Source: Erysipelotrichaceae bacterium OH741_COT-311 (lineage in GTDB: Bacteria > Bacillota_I > Bacilli_A > Erysipelotrichales > Erysipelotrichaceae). Taken from it: a stretch of DNA of 32,000 nt. Numbering within the stretch: the stretch's first letter is position 1; every line of letters begins with the position of its first letter. Shown here piece after piece: positions 18,123 through 26,169 of this stretch. Location of the stretch: assembly GCA_003858585.1 (NCBI GenBank), contig RQZE01000005.1, positions 30,001-62,000 of the forward strand, given 5' to 3'. Below the pieces are notes generated by a model that ran no database searches, was not told the DNA's origin, and saw nothing but the letters and a program-made list of their open reading frames with translations. Made by a program: the position numbers and the translations under genes.

Positions 18123-19034
18123 TTATTCTTTCTCTTTTAGTGACAAGATTTTAAAATGCAAAATCGAATGGTAAGGAACCGCAACTACTTCATATTGCTT
18201 ATCCTCAACACTTGCCTTAATTAAAAATTCATCTTCTTTTACCATTTCCACTTGATCAATTTGAACTTTCATTTCTAGGGGAAACTCATTCATCAAATAA
18301 TAATACGAATCATATCGCTCATCATAAACCAACGGATTACCTTGATAATCTTCATCGCGAACACCAACAATTGCACTGTAATACTCTTTTACTAACCAAA
18401 ATGGAATTTCCACTTGTTGAGCCCCCTCTAAAGAACTATCCATTGGATCTGTAATGGATAATGCCATCGCAACCCCTTCTTGTAATAACGCATCATTTTG
18501 TTTAAAATTTACCGATTTAAACTCATATGCCTTTACAAGCAATCCCTTGAGATAATCCAAGAAAAAATCACTCATAACCACTTCATCTTTTTTAGAGGAA
18601 AGCACAATCTCCTCTTTTCCCTCTTTGCCATTATAAGTCAGCAACCATCGTTTCGTTACACCATTATGGCTTATCAGTAATTGACGATCCGGAAGACCCT
18701 CTGCAAGATATTCATTGAAATGATAAAGTTGACCAGCTTTTGTCTTTACTTCAAACAACTTATCTTCCTCAACAAAAAGATAATCACTCTTATAAAAATA
18801 ACGTCCTTTTTGTAAAGTCACAACAACATCATCAAGTGAAGAAAAAAAATACACATCTTCTCCACTTCCTTCATACGCAATCTCCTCTGCCTTATCAAAG
18901 GTATAATTTCCAGCCATAATCTTCAACAATTCTTCCGACATGACATTCACTTTATTATCATCTTGTTTTTTATTTGTACAACTACTTAGAAACACTGTAA
19001 AAATGGAAACTACTAAGATGAACCAACGTTTCAT
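18123..19034 (-). CDS. Lipoprotein of unknown function
   Basis: Signal peptide with lipobox FLSS-C (MKRWFILVVSIFTVFLSSC). There is a 41-nt gap to the SPFH gene on the same strand. Confidence 0.7.
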   Translation of the reverse strand: MKRWFILVVSIFTVFLSSCTNKKQDDNKVNVMSEELLKIMAGNYTFDKAEEIAYEGSGEDVYFFSSLDDVVVTLQKGRYFYKSDYLFVEEDKLFEVKTKAGQLYHFNEYLAEGLPDRQLLISHNGVTKRWLLTYNGKEGKEEIVLSSKKDEVVMSDFFLDYLKGLLVKAYEFKSVNFKQNDALLQEGVAMALSITDPMDSSLEGAQQVEIPFWLVKEYYSAIVGVRDEDYQGNPLVYDERYDSYYYLMNEFPLEMKVQIDQVEMVKEDEFLIKASVEDKQYEVVAVPYHSILHFKILSLKEKE

Positions 19035-19120
19035 GAAATCACCTCATCTCTACAAAAATAGTTATACATATTCTTGTATCTTTATTTTATATTATTATAT
19101 AGCGTTATTCAATATATCAG

Positions 19121-19150
19121 TAAAAAAAGGTTATAAACTTGTTATAACCT
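19121..19150 (-). terminator. Strong rho-independent terminator (minus strand)
   Basis: 9-bp stem AGGTTATAA / TTATAACCT with a 5-nt loop, followed on the minus strand by a run of 7 T. Confidence 0.75.
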
Positions 19151-19380
19151 CTACTTCTTTCACGAATAAATTCTTTTATTTTAACTGACTATGCAGCTTA
19201 TTTACACTATTCAATTTTTAACTTAACTTGTCCATTGGTCTACCCTGTTGCAGACTCTACTTTCTATCTTAATCAAATTGCTCCATCTTATATTACTCTG
19301 CACAATAATATAAGACTTGAACTACGGTTTGAATAACACCCTTTTCATTATAACTACCTCCAAGAAGTATTCTTCTTTTC
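19121..19380 (-). ncRNA. Candidate ~260-nt structured transcript or leader with an 8-codon mini-ORF
   Basis: Putative promoter TTGTAA-16-TATGAT (19414-19387). GGAGG SD (19361-19357) lies 8 nt before the ATG at 19348, and the mini-ORF MKRVLFKP stops at 19322. A perfect 10-bp hairpin lies at 19286-19315 and a terminator at 19121-19150. There is no longer ORF on either strand. Confidence 0.35.
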
Positions 19381-19453
19381 ACTTACATCATACTATACTT
19401 CTATGACTTTACAAGTCTATAATAGAAATTAAAAATATGTTATAATAAAAAGG

Positions 19454-19954
19454 TCAGTTAACAAGTAATAAAAAAGAATACAACAACATGAATACCAACA
19501 TACCAACCGTTAGAACTACCTTTAATACTCTATCGGTTTTCTTTTTGAAACCAAGATATAATAAATGATAAAGAGCCAAGCCTACCATACCACCTGAAGT
19601 ATTTGTAATAATATCTGTAATATCACTAATACCAATATGCAATACATACTGTATTACCTCAAAAAGAAGACTGGTTACAAAAAAAAGAAGCGCTGCATTT
19701 AAAATGGACACTTTGTGATGTAACATCTTTAACAATAATCCAAAAGGAATAAAAACAACTATATTTTCAATGACATCCGCAAAGTTAATTGTATTACCTA
19801 CTCTTTTCACATACTTAAACGGTTCTAAATTAATACCTTGTAACCCTTTTAAAGGTTCGATTGAAAACTCTGTTTTAAAGATAATAATCCATATAAGTAA
19901 AAACAGATAAACGACAAAGAGTCCCTTTACATATTTATGTTTCATCTTCATCAT
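19454..19954 (-). CDS. VanZ-family membrane protein
   Basis: 166 aa with 4-5 TM segments. LEPFKY and NIVVFIPFGLLL motifs are typical of VanZ-like proteins. Confidence 0.7.
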   Translation of the reverse strand: MMKMKHKYVKGLFVVYLFLLIWIIIFKTEFSIEPLKGLQGINLEPFKYVKRVGNTINFADVIENIVVFIPFGLLLKMLHHKVSILNAALLFFVTSLLFEVIQYVLHIGISDITDIITNTSGGMVGLALYHLLYLGFKKKTDRVLKVVLTVGMLVFMLLYSFLLLVN

Positions 19955-19962
19955 CCGTTTAC

Positions 19963-20403
19963 CTATTGAATCATTTCATTAAAAGCTTCATGAATCGCTT
20001 TACCATCCGTAGAACCCTCAAATTGTTCTAACATCTTCTTTGTAATAATCCCTTGTGATTTTCGACTCTTTGGTAACGCTAATGCTACAAACAATGTTTC
20101 CATGGCTTCTTTTAATTCTTCTTTTGTTTTTTGTTTAGGTAAATAACTCTTTAAAATTTCAATCTTGCGCTTTGTCTCAGCAATAAACTCTTCATAAGAA
20201 CTTGGCGTTAATTGTAATGTTTCATTTTGTTGTTTTATCTCTTTTAAAATTAACGCATATTCTCCCTGTAATGTTAATTCACTGTTTTCCTTTCTTGCTA
20301 GGGCAATACTGCTAATCAATAAGGTTGTAACATTATTCTTTACACTATCCTTATCCTTTAACGCCTGCATTTTGTCTTTACGTAATGTTTCTAATAGTGA
20401 CAT
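19963..20403 (-). CDS. yqeY: GatB/YqeY domain protein
   Basis: 146 aa. The N-terminus (L..L..D...A.K.KD) and overall pattern are typical of YqeY. Confidence 0.75.
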   Translation of the reverse strand: MSLLETLRKDKMQALKDKDSVKNNVTTLLISSIALARKENSELTLQGEYALILKEIKQQNETLQLTPSSYEEFIAETKRKIEILKSYLPKQKTKEELKEAMETLFVALALPKSRKSQGIITKKMLEQFEGSTDGKAIHEAFNEMIQ

Positions 20404-20414
20404 TATAAACCCTC

Positions 20415-20696
20415 CTATTGTTCCATCAAGGACTCTTGATACGCCTTTGATAACTCCATTAACACTTCTAAATAATCATGATAAAACACTCTAAGCTGTT
20501 CATCCTGAATATACCCTACATTTCTCTTTATGACTTCATGCTCACGAACACTATCATAGATTGGTAACTTATGATTTAATTTATATTCTAAAATCTCTTT
20601 TACGACACCCATACGTTGTTCAAAAAGCTTCGCCATTTCACAATCAATTTCATCAATTTTATTTCTTAAACCTATTAATTCTTTCATATCCAACAC
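20415..20696 (-). CDS. Chorismate mutase (AroQ class, monofunctional)
   Basis: 93 aa with the LRNKIDEID..MAKLFEQRM helix-1 pattern of AroQ mutases. Confidence 0.75.
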   Translation of the reverse strand: MLDMKELIGLRNKIDEIDCEMAKLFEQRMGVVKEILEYKLNHKLPIYDSVREHEVIKRNVGYIQDEQLRVFYHDYLEVLMELSKAYQESLMEQ

Positions 20697-20755
20697 CTTC
20701 TTGTATTAATTATAAATGAAATAAGCTAAAATAAATAGTAGAAAAGGAAGATACT

Positions 20756-21535
20756 ATGATACATCAACACATTGGACTACGTACCATCAAAACAGGCATT
20801 GCGGTTACTTTAGCTGTATTCATCGCCTACCTATTAAAGCTAAAGTATCCTTTTTTTGTAGGCATTACCACGATTATTTCTATGGATAAAACGGTCGTTA
20901 ATACCTTTAAACTTGGAAGAAATCGTATTTATGGAACCATTCTTGGCGCTATAATTGGAACCATTATGGCACTTATTGAACCGGGAAATCCTCTCCTTTG
21001 TGGTCTAGGTGTTATTCTATTGATTACTACTTGTAATAAACTAGGCATCCAAAGCGGAATTAGTGTAGGTGGGATTGTCATTTTAGCCATTATGGTTCAT
21101 ACCAAAGAAAACATTTACTTATATGCCATAAATCGTACTTTAGATACCTTTATTGGTGCAAGCATTGCCTTTATTGTAAATATCTCTATCTTTCCATACT
21201 ATAATTTTCATCGCATTCAACAAAAAGTAGAATCCGTAAAACAAGCTATGGACTCTTTCATTGATCATCTTGAAGAAAACAATCAAGCTATTAATTTACC
21301 TAACCTACAAAAAGATCTTCTGGAAGCCAAAGAATTTTTACACTTATATAAAAATGAAATCTTACTAAGTCGTAAAAAAGAAACAACGATACAACTAGAA
21401 GAAGATTTAAATCGTTTACAAGACATCTTAACGCAATATCATATTCTTCAAACCATTCATAAAGAAAAACACCCAAGTGTATTTGCTTATCATAAAGAAA
21501 CCATCTATCAACAATATCTACAATTAAAAAAGTAA
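20756..21535 (+). CDS. Aromatic acid exporter (ArAE/FUSC-like) family membrane protein
   Basis: N-terminal IGLRTIKTGIAVTLAVFIA signature, four TM segments and a C-terminal coiled-coil half. Confidence 0.65.
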   Translation: MIHQHIGLRTIKTGIAVTLAVFIAYLLKLKYPFFVGITTIISMDKTVVNTFKLGRNRIYGTILGAIIGTIMALIEPGNPLLCGLGVILLITTCNKLGIQSGISVGGIVILAIMVHTKENIYLYAINRTLDTFIGASIAFIVNISIFPYYNFHRIQQKVESVKQAMDSFIDHLEENNQAINLPNLQKDLLEAKEFLHLYKNEILLSRKKETTIQLEEDLNRLQDILTQYHILQTIHKEKHPSVFAYHKETIYQQYLQLKK

Positions 21536-21600
21536 AAGTGTTTACTAACCTTTAAAAATTCGATATATTATATAAGCGTTTTTTATAAAGGGGAGTATCT

Positions 21601-22788
21601 ATGAATTACATTTTAATTTCACCAACTTTTCCAGTGAACTATTGGCAATTTGCCAAAGCCTTAAAAGAAGTTGGTGTCCACATACTAGCAATCGGAGAAG
21701 ATCACTATCACACATTGAGAGAAGAATTAAAAGCCAGTCTTACAGATTACTACCAAGTTACTTCACTGAGTGATTACAAACAAATGTATCAAGCTTGTGC
21801 TTATTTTGCCTATAAATATGGAAAGATAGATTGGCTAGAGTCAAACAATGAATATTGGTTAGTCCAAGATGCTAAATTACGAGACGATTTTAATATTAAT
21901 ACGGGCTATAAAAGCCATGAAATTGACAAAATTAAATTAAAATCACGCATGAAACGCTACTACCAACAAGCGAATATTCCTACAGCACGTTATCAATTGG
22001 TATCTACATTAGAAAACGCCAAAGAATTTATCGCAAATGTTGGATACCCTGTCTGTGTTAAACCGGATGATGGAGTTGGTGCAAACGGTACCTTTAAAAT
22101 CAATAACGAAGAAGATTTACTACGTTTCTTTCATCTTCATCTTCATCAAGCCTACATTATGGAAGAATTCATTGAAGGAACCATTATATCGTATGATGGT
22201 ATCTGTGACCAACAAGGTAACATTCTCTTTGAAACTTGTCATTATTTTCCAAAACCAGTCATGGAAATTGTAAATCATCAACTAGAAACTACTTATTACT
22301 CACTCAAAGACATTCCGGAACATGTAAGAGAAGTTGGAACTCGTGTTGTAAACGCCTTTGATATTAAAGCACGCTTCTTCCACCTTGAATTCTTTATCCT
22401 AGAACAAGAAAAAAAAGGATTAGGTAAAAAAGGAGACTTGGTAGGTCTTGAAGTCAATATGCGACCTCCAGGAGGCTATACAACCGATATGATGAATTGG
22501 GCTAATGATATTGATGTTTATCAAATCTATAGTCAAATGATTAACGGAACTATACCATGCATTCCAAATCATCGTCCCTATCATGCCATCTACATTGGAA
22601 GAAGAAGCTATCAAAACTATGTCTATTCTTTAACACAACTTAAAGAAAAGTATCCTTCTATTCTACTGGAAAGTACAATGGCTTCCTGCATGGCTCCAGC
22701 TTTAGGCGACATAGCGATTATTGCACGCTTTAAAGACATGGATGTCTTGAAACAATTTGAACAGGACGCTACATTAAAAGCTGAATAA
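21601..22788 (+). CDS. ATP-grasp domain protein (carboxylate-amine ligase-like)
   Basis: 395 aa. The central region (GYPVCVKPDDGVGANG ... MEEFIEG ... LEVNMRPPGG) fits the ATP-grasp fold. The substrate is unknown. Confidence 0.65.
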   Translation: MNYILISPTFPVNYWQFAKALKEVGVHILAIGEDHYHTLREELKASLTDYYQVTSLSDYKQMYQACAYFAYKYGKIDWLESNNEYWLVQDAKLRDDFNINTGYKSHEIDKIKLKSRMKRYYQQANIPTARYQLVSTLENAKEFIANVGYPVCVKPDDGVGANGTFKINNEEDLLRFFHLHLHQAYIMEEFIEGTIISYDGICDQQGNILFETCHYFPKPVMEIVNHQLETTYYSLKDIPEHVREVGTRVVNAFDIKARFFHLEFFILEQEKKGLGKKGDLVGLEVNMRPPGGYTTDMMNWANDIDVYQIYSQMINGTIPCIPNHRPYHAIYIGRRSYQNYVYSLTQLKEKYPSILLESTMASCMAPALGDIAIIARFKDMDVLKQFEQDATLKAE

Positions 22789-22802
22789 TCAGCTTTTTTT
22801 TA
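22778..22802. terminator. Terminator shared by convergent ATP-grasp and sortase genes
   Basis: AAGCTGA-ATAA-TCAGCTT followed by a run of about 9 T. It overlaps both stop codons. Confidence 0.7.
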
Positions 22803-23472
22803 TACCCACAACAAGCAAACGCTCTTCATCATTGCTAGGATTGCAAGTTACTAATGTAATCATACCTTTGACACTTGAAACATCTACATTCAAATCAAAC
22901 ATAGTATATTCACTTAAATTCATTAATAGCTTCTTAAACAATTCTGCATGTTCAAAATGTGTCTCAAAGATCATCGCATCATACTCTTGATGAACATTAA
23001 TCATAAATACATACGCAAGCTCATACTCTTGATCTTGATATGAAATACGAGGGTGCGCTTTTATAAATTCATAATCGACATACTTCATTAAAGAAGTAAA
23101 AACCAAATTTTTCTTTTTACTGGAATGTCCATATAAAATAATATTACTAGCCTCATCATCAACCCTGTAATCTTGAAACACGGTACCATATACATTATAA
23201 TTACCATCTAAATCTTGATGTACATAATCAATATTGTTTTCAGTTTGGACCACAACTTCATCTATCACTCCATCAATAAAAACTCTTCCTACAATATCCG
23301 GATTCCAAGCCTTTGCTTTTTCAACCTCAAAGTTTTGATCATAATCCATATACTCTTTAATTTTTTTATTATACTGCTTCATATCATATTTTACTTGTTG
23401 TTGATGATAAAACCAAAAACCACCTAATAATAAACCAATCAAGATTCCAATCTTAACTAAAACCTTAGTCAT
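22789..23472 (-). CDS. srtB: Class B sortase
   Basis: N-terminal TM anchor, NPDIVG..FIDG..D..VVQ motif, LYGHS (His), TLVTC (catalytic Cys) and a downstream Arg (ERLLVVG). The ATG follows the adhesin TAA directly, in the same frame. Confidence 0.8.
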   Translation of the reverse strand: MTKVLVKIGILIGLLLGGFWFYHQQQVKYDMKQYNKKIKEYMDYDQNFEVEKAKAWNPDIVGRVFIDGVIDEVVVQTENNIDYVHQDLDGNYNVYGTVFQDYRVDDEASNIILYGHSSKKKNLVFTSLMKYVDYEFIKAHPRISYQDQEYELAYVFMINVHQEYDAMIFETHFEHAELFKKLLMNLSEYTMFDLNVDVSSVKGMITLVTCNPSNDEERLLVVGIKKS

Positions 23473-25800
23473 TTAAACACCCATCTTAGGAACAATGGGA
23501 TATTCAGGATTATAAGGATCCACCTCTATCTTTTGATTATAAAGTTTTAGAATTGCAGTATTTTCCTGCTCACTTGGTTTTAAAACTTGCTCAATACACG
23601 TAGAATCTAAGTGATAGCCACTAGGAGCCTTCACTTCACACACCTTCACTTTATCTCCATAAACCAGATCAGCAAGCGAAACAATACCCTTAGAAACCCT
23701 TGTTTGATATACAAGAGAATCGTCTGCTTTTTTATAGTAATAAGTCCCTTCTTTTAACGCTAAGATGATTTGTCCTTGTTCATCGGTAGTATGTATAGTA
23801 CTATTATTAAAATTTATTTCATCACTTACCAGATACTTTGTATTAGGTTGCCCATGAATGGTAAGCATACCTGTATAATAATCCCCAAGATACGTATCAT
23901 TAACATAGACTTGTAAACGAGCCAAATCCAATAAGGAATGATACTTACGATCTAATTTTTCAATTTCAACTTGAACTCTTCGCTTACGGTTTAAACTTGT
24001 AACGACATACTCAACATCCTTAACATCATTTACCTCAATCGTTTCACATACTTCTTCTGAAAGATCATAACCCTCTTTTGGTTTTATTTCACAGATCTGA
24101 TAACGACGTCCCCACTTTAAATCCTCTACCAAAAGATAACCTTCTTTTTTATCTTGTTGAAATTTACCTTGATAATCTAAATACTTATAATATATGACAT
24201 CCTGAGTAAACTTATCTATCTTTATAACACCATACTCATCACTTACTCTTTTTTCAATTAAGATGGTACGCTCTTCATCTTCATAAAATGAAACTTCTAC
24301 AAAAGGGATTGGTCTATTATGATTCTTTAAATCAAGTGTACGCAAGTAATAATTACCGGTAGCACCTTGAAACAAAATTGGATTCTCTTTTGGATAAGGC
24401 ATTGTATACGTATTGGTTGCCTGCATATCCACACGATAATGCATAAGATATCCATCATAATCAATATCAAAATAACCATCCTTTAGACCAATGATACGAT
24501 TACCATCTACACGATATAAATCACTCTCTTTAAAATAAACAATATCATCCTCTTCCACCACTAACTCCTTAAAAACAGTTAAAACTTTAGAAGATGCTGC
24601 AACCATACTTTCTTCCACTTCATCCGTAACATCTTTTACACTAAAATAAGTATCATTTAAGTATAACGATTGATCTTCAATATCCTTTTTAACAATCTTT
24701 ACATCGACATTCACTACTTGATTCACCATTTGAATTGTAGTCAGTTCATTTGCCTTAATTTCAAAAGAATAAATCGTTGGATTAATCAAATAAGGAAACG
24801 ATGTTTGTAACTCTTTTATATAATAAGTACCTGGAGGTAAATATTGATGTAAACTCACTACATCTTCTCCATTTGTATGTAATACCTTAATTAATTCTGT
24901 AGCCTGTTCATCTTTATAAATACCAAACTGATGAAATCCTTTCGCTACCTTTTGAAATTCATCTACTTTGACAACTTTTAAATCACCGGTAATTAGTTTT
25001 ACCTGAAAATGAAAGGATGTCGATGGCTTCGCATTACTAGCCAAAAACACAGCTTGTGAGTTCGGTTTTCCATACACGATATTGGTATGCAATTGATCTT
25101 GATTAGATGAAAACTGATAGTGTTTTTGATACTCTAACTGATTAATCTTAATGGATAATTGATTTTGTTTCGCTATAAGATTAGGATGTTGAATTGGAAA
25201 ACTACTTAACACTCGATTATGATCCTCTATTATATACGCTTCATTAAAAGGAACTTCAATCGTTTGATTATGAAAACTAGGTAATTGATCTCCTTGATGC
25301 ATAGAAGCTACTATCTCTTGTTTCTTTTCTTCTAAATGATACGTAGATAAATCTTTATACAAAGCCTCTCCATAATAGCCAAGAGCTTCCCATATCAATA
25401 CTTGCGTTGCTGCATAATAATCTTCACCATAACGATTATAGTTACCATAACCATGATGCGTAATCTTCCAAAGCTCACGCTTAGTATTTTCATTTAAATA
25501 TTCATAATCTTCATAATAACCATCACCAAACTTTGCATTGATCATTGGATCTAAACAATAAACCACTTCACCATTTAACTCCATAATCGTTATATACGAT
25601 AATTTACCATTAATACGATAACGACCAATTGTTTTATGTTTGTGCAATGACGCATTATAAAAAGAACTCTCTTGATGAAACAACTTCTCAAACGCTTCAT
25701 AAGATTCAAACTCTGTAATATGCACCTCTTGTGCAAAAGCACGCTGGAATGGAAATAAAATCAGCATACACATCCATATCCATACAATTTTAAATTTCAT
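23473..25800 (-). CDS. Secreted surface adhesin: N-terminal possible thioester (Cys-Gln, TQxx-W) domain plus repeated SpaA/Cna-B-type domains
   Basis: Signal peptide (..FQRAFA-QE), VYCLDP (Cys82) and AATQVLIWE (Gln133). Repeated stalk motifs are YYIKELQTSFPY, YQICEIKPKEGYDL and VKVCEVKAPSGYHL. There is no C-terminal LPXTG/TM/charged tail; the protein ends ..NPEYPIVPKMGV. Confidence 0.8.
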   Translation of the reverse strand: MKFKIVWIWMCMLILFPFQRAFAQEVHITEFESYEAFEKLFHQESSFYNASLHKHKTIGRYRINGKLSYITIMELNGEVVYCLDPMINAKFGDGYYEDYEYLNENTKRELWKITHHGYGNYNRYGEDYYAATQVLIWEALGYYGEALYKDLSTYHLEEKKQEIVASMHQGDQLPSFHNQTIEVPFNEAYIIEDHNRVLSSFPIQHPNLIAKQNQLSIKINQLEYQKHYQFSSNQDQLHTNIVYGKPNSQAVFLASNAKPSTSFHFQVKLITGDLKVVKVDEFQKVAKGFHQFGIYKDEQATELIKVLHTNGEDVVSLHQYLPPGTYYIKELQTSFPYLINPTIYSFEIKANELTTIQMVNQVVNVDVKIVKKDIEDQSLYLNDTYFSVKDVTDEVEESMVAASSKVLTVFKELVVEEDDIVYFKESDLYRVDGNRIIGLKDGYFDIDYDGYLMHYRVDMQATNTYTMPYPKENPILFQGATGNYYLRTLDLKNHNRPIPFVEVSFYEDEERTILIEKRVSDEYGVIKIDKFTQDVIYYKYLDYQGKFQQDKKEGYLLVEDLKWGRRYQICEIKPKEGYDLSEEVCETIEVNDVKDVEYVVTSLNRKRRVQVEIEKLDRKYHSLLDLARLQVYVNDTYLGDYYTGMLTIHGQPNTKYLVSDEINFNNSTIHTTDEQGQIILALKEGTYYYKKADDSLVYQTRVSKGIVSLADLVYGDKVKVCEVKAPSGYHLDSTCIEQVLKPSEQENTAILKLYNQKIEVDPYNPEYPIVPKMGV

Positions 25801-25861
25801 ACTATCACCTCAACCATTTATAGTAATAAAAAATAAAATACCCAATATTCTCGCTTAGATA

Positions 25862-25890
25862 TTGCATTTCACCGATAAATTTGATAATAT
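25862..25890 (+). promoter_or_regulatory. Sigma-A-type promoter for tRNA-Leu (TTGCAT-17 bp-TAATAT)
   Basis: -35 at 25862-25867 and -10 at 25885-25890, about 14 nt upstream of the mature tRNA 5' end. Confidence 0.5.
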
Positions 25891-25903
25891 GATTAAGCAA
25901 GTT

Positions 25904-25986
25904 GCGGATGTGGCGAAATTGGCAGACGCACTAGACTTAGGATCTAGCGGGTAACCATGGGGGTTCGAGTCCCTTCATCCGCACCA
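25904..25986 (+). tRNA. tRNA-Leu, anticodon UAG, class II (long variable arm), CCA encoded
   Basis: Acceptor GCGGATG/CATCCGC and anticodon stem CTAGA/TCTAG with loop CTTAGGA (anticodon TAG). The variable arm is CGGGTAACCAT, the T-loop is TTCGAGT and the 3' end is ACCA. Confidence 0.92.
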
Positions 25987-26034
25987 TTATTAGTAAATGC
26001 AAAAGCCTTAAAAACAGGCTTAAAACTTGTAAAA

Positions 26035-26057
26035 CCCTTTATTTAAGGGCTTTTTTT
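26035..26057 (+). terminator. Terminator after the tRNA
   Basis: CCCTT-TATTT-AAGGG, then C and TTTTTTT. It is preceded by a second hairpin, AAGCCT..AGGCTT (26003-26021). Confidence 0.5.
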
Positions 26058-26147
26058 ATGTTATAAAGTAACCAAGGAATAGTCTAGGAATATCCTAGAA
26101 AATCTAATTTTTTTTCGACTCTCTGTTCGACTCTGCTTTTTTATTAT

Positions 26148-26169
26148 AAAAACTACCTTTCGGTAGCTT
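26148..26169 (-). terminator. Terminator of the 5-gene operon
   Basis: On the minus-strand RNA, AGCUACC-GAAA-GGUAGUU forms 7 bp including one G-U with a GNRA loop, followed by a U-run. It overlaps the stop codon of the ParB-like gene. Confidence 0.65.

Noticed and set aside
18940-19188. 82-aa (+) ORF overlapping the lipoprotein gene start and extending into the intergenic region
   Set aside because: It is antisense to the lipoprotein signal peptide, has no SD and crosses the minus-strand terminator. The non-coding interpretation of 19035-19453 is preferred.
22037-22273. 78-aa (+) ORF inside the ATP-grasp gene in another frame. The same situation occurs at 27814-28035 (-) and 29301-29489 (-) inside the PAPS-reductase-like and SNF2 genes
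   Set aside because: These are same-strand alternative frames fully contained in longer motif-bearing ORFs. There is no independent initiation signal.
23470-23478. Adhesin considered as a pseudogene truncated by a nonsense mutation
   Set aside because: The stop is followed immediately by a complete, family-typical sortase N-terminus. Nothing downstream could encode a missing adhesin C-terminus. The junction is reported as a finding rather than called a pseudogene.
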